Below the pieces are notes generated by a model. That model did not search any database. It was not told the DNA's origin and worked only from the letters and a program-made list of their open reading frames with translations. DNA of 64,000 nucleotides from Heterodontus francisci (taxonomy: Eukaryota), in assembly GCF_036365525.1 (NCBI RefSeq), contig NC_090377.1, positions 96,713,141-96,777,140 of the forward strand, written 5' to 3'. Numbering within the stretch: position 1 is the stretch's first letter; the number at the start of each line of letters is the position of its first letter. The translations under genes were made by a program, and so were the position numbers. Shown in pieces: positions 61,771-64,000 of this stretch.

Positions 61771-64000
61771 AGAAACACAGATTGGTTACAGCACAGAAGG
61801 AGGCCATTTGGCCCATCGTGCCCATGCCGGCTCTCCAACAACAACTCAGCTAGTTCCACACTCCCACCCTTTCTCCCGTAGTCCTGTAAATATTCTCCCT
61901 TCAGGTGCTAATCCACTTCTCTTTTGAAAGCCATGATTGAATCTCACCACACTCTCAGGCAGTGCATTCCAGATCCTAACCATTCACTGAGTTAAAAAAC
62001 TTTTCCTCATGTTGCCGTTGCTTCTTTTGCCATTCATCTTAAACTGATGTCCTCTGGTTCTCAACACCCCCCATCGATGGGAACGGTTTTTCTCTATCTA
62101 CTTTGTCTGGACCCCTCATCTCTATCAAATCTGCTCTCAACCCTCTCTTCTCTAAGGAGAACAACCTCAGCTTCTCCAATCTATCCACATAACTGAAGTT
62201 CCTCATCCCCATTCTCGTAAAATCTTTTCTGCAGCCTCTCTGAAGCCTTCACATCCTTCTGAAAACGTGCTGCCCAGAAATGAACACATACTCCAGTTGA
62301 GGCTGAACCAGTGTTCTACAAAGGTTCATCATAACTTCCTTGCTTTTGTTCTCAATGCATCTATTTATAAAGCCCAGGATCCCATATGCCCTTTTAACCA
62401 CTTTTTCAACCTGCCCTGGCACCTGCAACGATGTGTACTTTTACCCTTTATTTTGTATTGCCTCTCCTTGTTTTTCTGACAAAAATGAATCACTTCACAC
62501 TTCTCTGCATTAAATTTCATCGACCACATGTCCCCCCCCCACCCCGCCCCCCAATTCCACCAGCCTGTCTGCATCCTCTTGAAGTCTACCACTATCCTCC
62601 TCAAAGTTCACAATACTTCCAGGTTTTGTGTCATCGGCCAATTTTGAAATTGCGCCTTGTTCACCAAAGTAGAGATCATTAATATATATCAAAAAAAACA
62701 GCGGTCACAGTACTAACCCCTGGGGAACCCCAGTATATAGGTTCCTCCAGTCCAAAAAACAACAGTTCACCACCACATCCGTTCTGATGAAAGGTCACAG
62801 ACCTGCTTCTGTCTCCACAGATGCTGCCTGACCTGCTGAGTATTTCCAGCACTCTGTTTTTATTTCAGATTTCCAGCATCTGCACTATTTTACTTTTATT
62901 TTAGTTCACCACTACTCTGTTTCCAGTCACTCAGCCAACTTCGTACCAATGATGCCACTGTCTTTTTTATTCCACAGGCTTCAAAACTGCTGGCAAGCCT
63001 ATTATGTGACACTTCATCAAATGCTTTTTAGAAGTCAGTGTACACCACATCACCCAATACCCTCATCAATCCTCTCTGTTACTTCATCAAAAAACTCAAT
63101 CAAGTTAGTTCAACACAATTTGCCTTTAACAAATCTTAATTAATTCTCACTTATCCAAGTGACTGTTAATTTCATCCAGGATATTGTTCCTAAAAGCAAG
63201 CTAACCACCAACGAGGTTAACCTGACAGCTTGTAGTTGCTGGGTTTATCCTAATACACCTTTTTGAACAAGGGTGTAACATATGCAATTCTCTAGTCGTT
63301 TGGCACCATTCCTGTAGCTAAGGTGGATTGGAAGATTATGGTCACTGACTTTCCACCTTTATTTCCCTCAATATCCTCAGATGCATACCATCCAGTCCTT
63401 TAAGTACAGCTAGCCTTTCTAATACCTCGTCTTTAACACATTTTAGCCCATACAGCATCTCAACTCCCTCCTTTTTCACTATGACTTTGGCAGCATCTTC
63501 TTCCTCGGTAAAGACTGAAGCAAAGCAATCATCTAGTGCCACAGTCATGCCCTCTGTCTCCATGCATGGATCCCCTTTATGGTCCCTAATCAGCCCCATC
63601 CCTCCTATGACCTTTTTACGACTGATATGCATATGGAAGACTTTTTAATTCCCTTTTATAGTAGCTGCCATTGTCTTCACAAACTCTCTGTCTCTTATTT
63701 CCTTTTTCACTTCCCCCGAACTTTCTATACTGAGTTTGGTTTTCAATTGTACGATCAACCTGACATCTGTCATTACGCACACTTTTTCTGCTTCATCTTA
63801 CTCTCCATCTCTTTTGTCATCCAGACAACTCTGACTTTGGTTGTCCTATCTTTCTGATTGATCTTATGGCTTGGTGGAGCAGGCTCGAGGGGCCGTATGG
63901 CCTACTCATGCTCCTATTTCTTATGTTCCATCACCCTCTTGGGAATGTGCCTCAACTGTACCCAAATATCTTTTCTTCAAAGACAGCCCATTGTCTCGTT
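61770..64000 (-). mobile_element. CR1 LINE, decayed, runs off the window
   Basis: IYINDL...KLADD, GMHLRILRE; CR1 tail at ~61770-61850. Confidence 0.85.
62777..62902 (+). mobile_element. Short PLE pseudo-LTR-derived insertion
   Basis: Homologous to 21340-21476; CTGATGA core; ~13-bp TSD AGTTCACCAC(C/T)AC at 62764-62776 and 62903-62915. Confidence 0.8.

Noticed and set aside
56665-64000. A further upstream ANKRD44 exon (expected to end ...SPLHLA)
   Set aside because: No ankyrin-like frame with proper splice sites found; it probably lies beyond the window
1-64000. Prokaryotic systems (CRISPR arrays, retrons, defence islands)
   Set aside because: The sequence is a spliced vertebrate gene; all RTs are LINE, PLE or Copia type, and no regularly spaced repeat array was seen

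Overview
Eukaryotic (vertebrate) genomic DNA, almost certainly from a cartilaginous fish: it carries HE1/V-SINE-type SINEs, HER1/CR1 LINEs and an LF-SINE-like relic. The window holds the 3' half of ANKRD44 (PP6 regulatory ankyrin-repeat subunit B) on the minus strand. I found 11 coding exons with GT-AG sites and matching phases, totalling 1485 nt (494 aa + stop, ending ...ENDSDSETF), plus a ~2.3 kb TE-poor putative 3'UTR; upstream exons lie beyond position 64000. The introns are packed with nested transposons: CR1 and L2 LINEs, a second APE-RT LINE family ('LINE-A'), two solo LTRs, a Ty1/Copia internal region, a very young inverted Penelope-like element (PLE) with hammerhead-like motifs, two decayed PIF/Harbinger transposons, three MITEs and several SINEs. 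The most notable observation is LINE-A. It has a tRNA-like A/B-box head, no room for an ORF1, and no TTTT run in ~3 kb of sense strand, which suggests a protein-coding retrotransposon transcribed by RNA polymerase III. TE boundaries are approximate unless a TSD or TIR is quoted, and family names come from recalled consensus features, not database searches.
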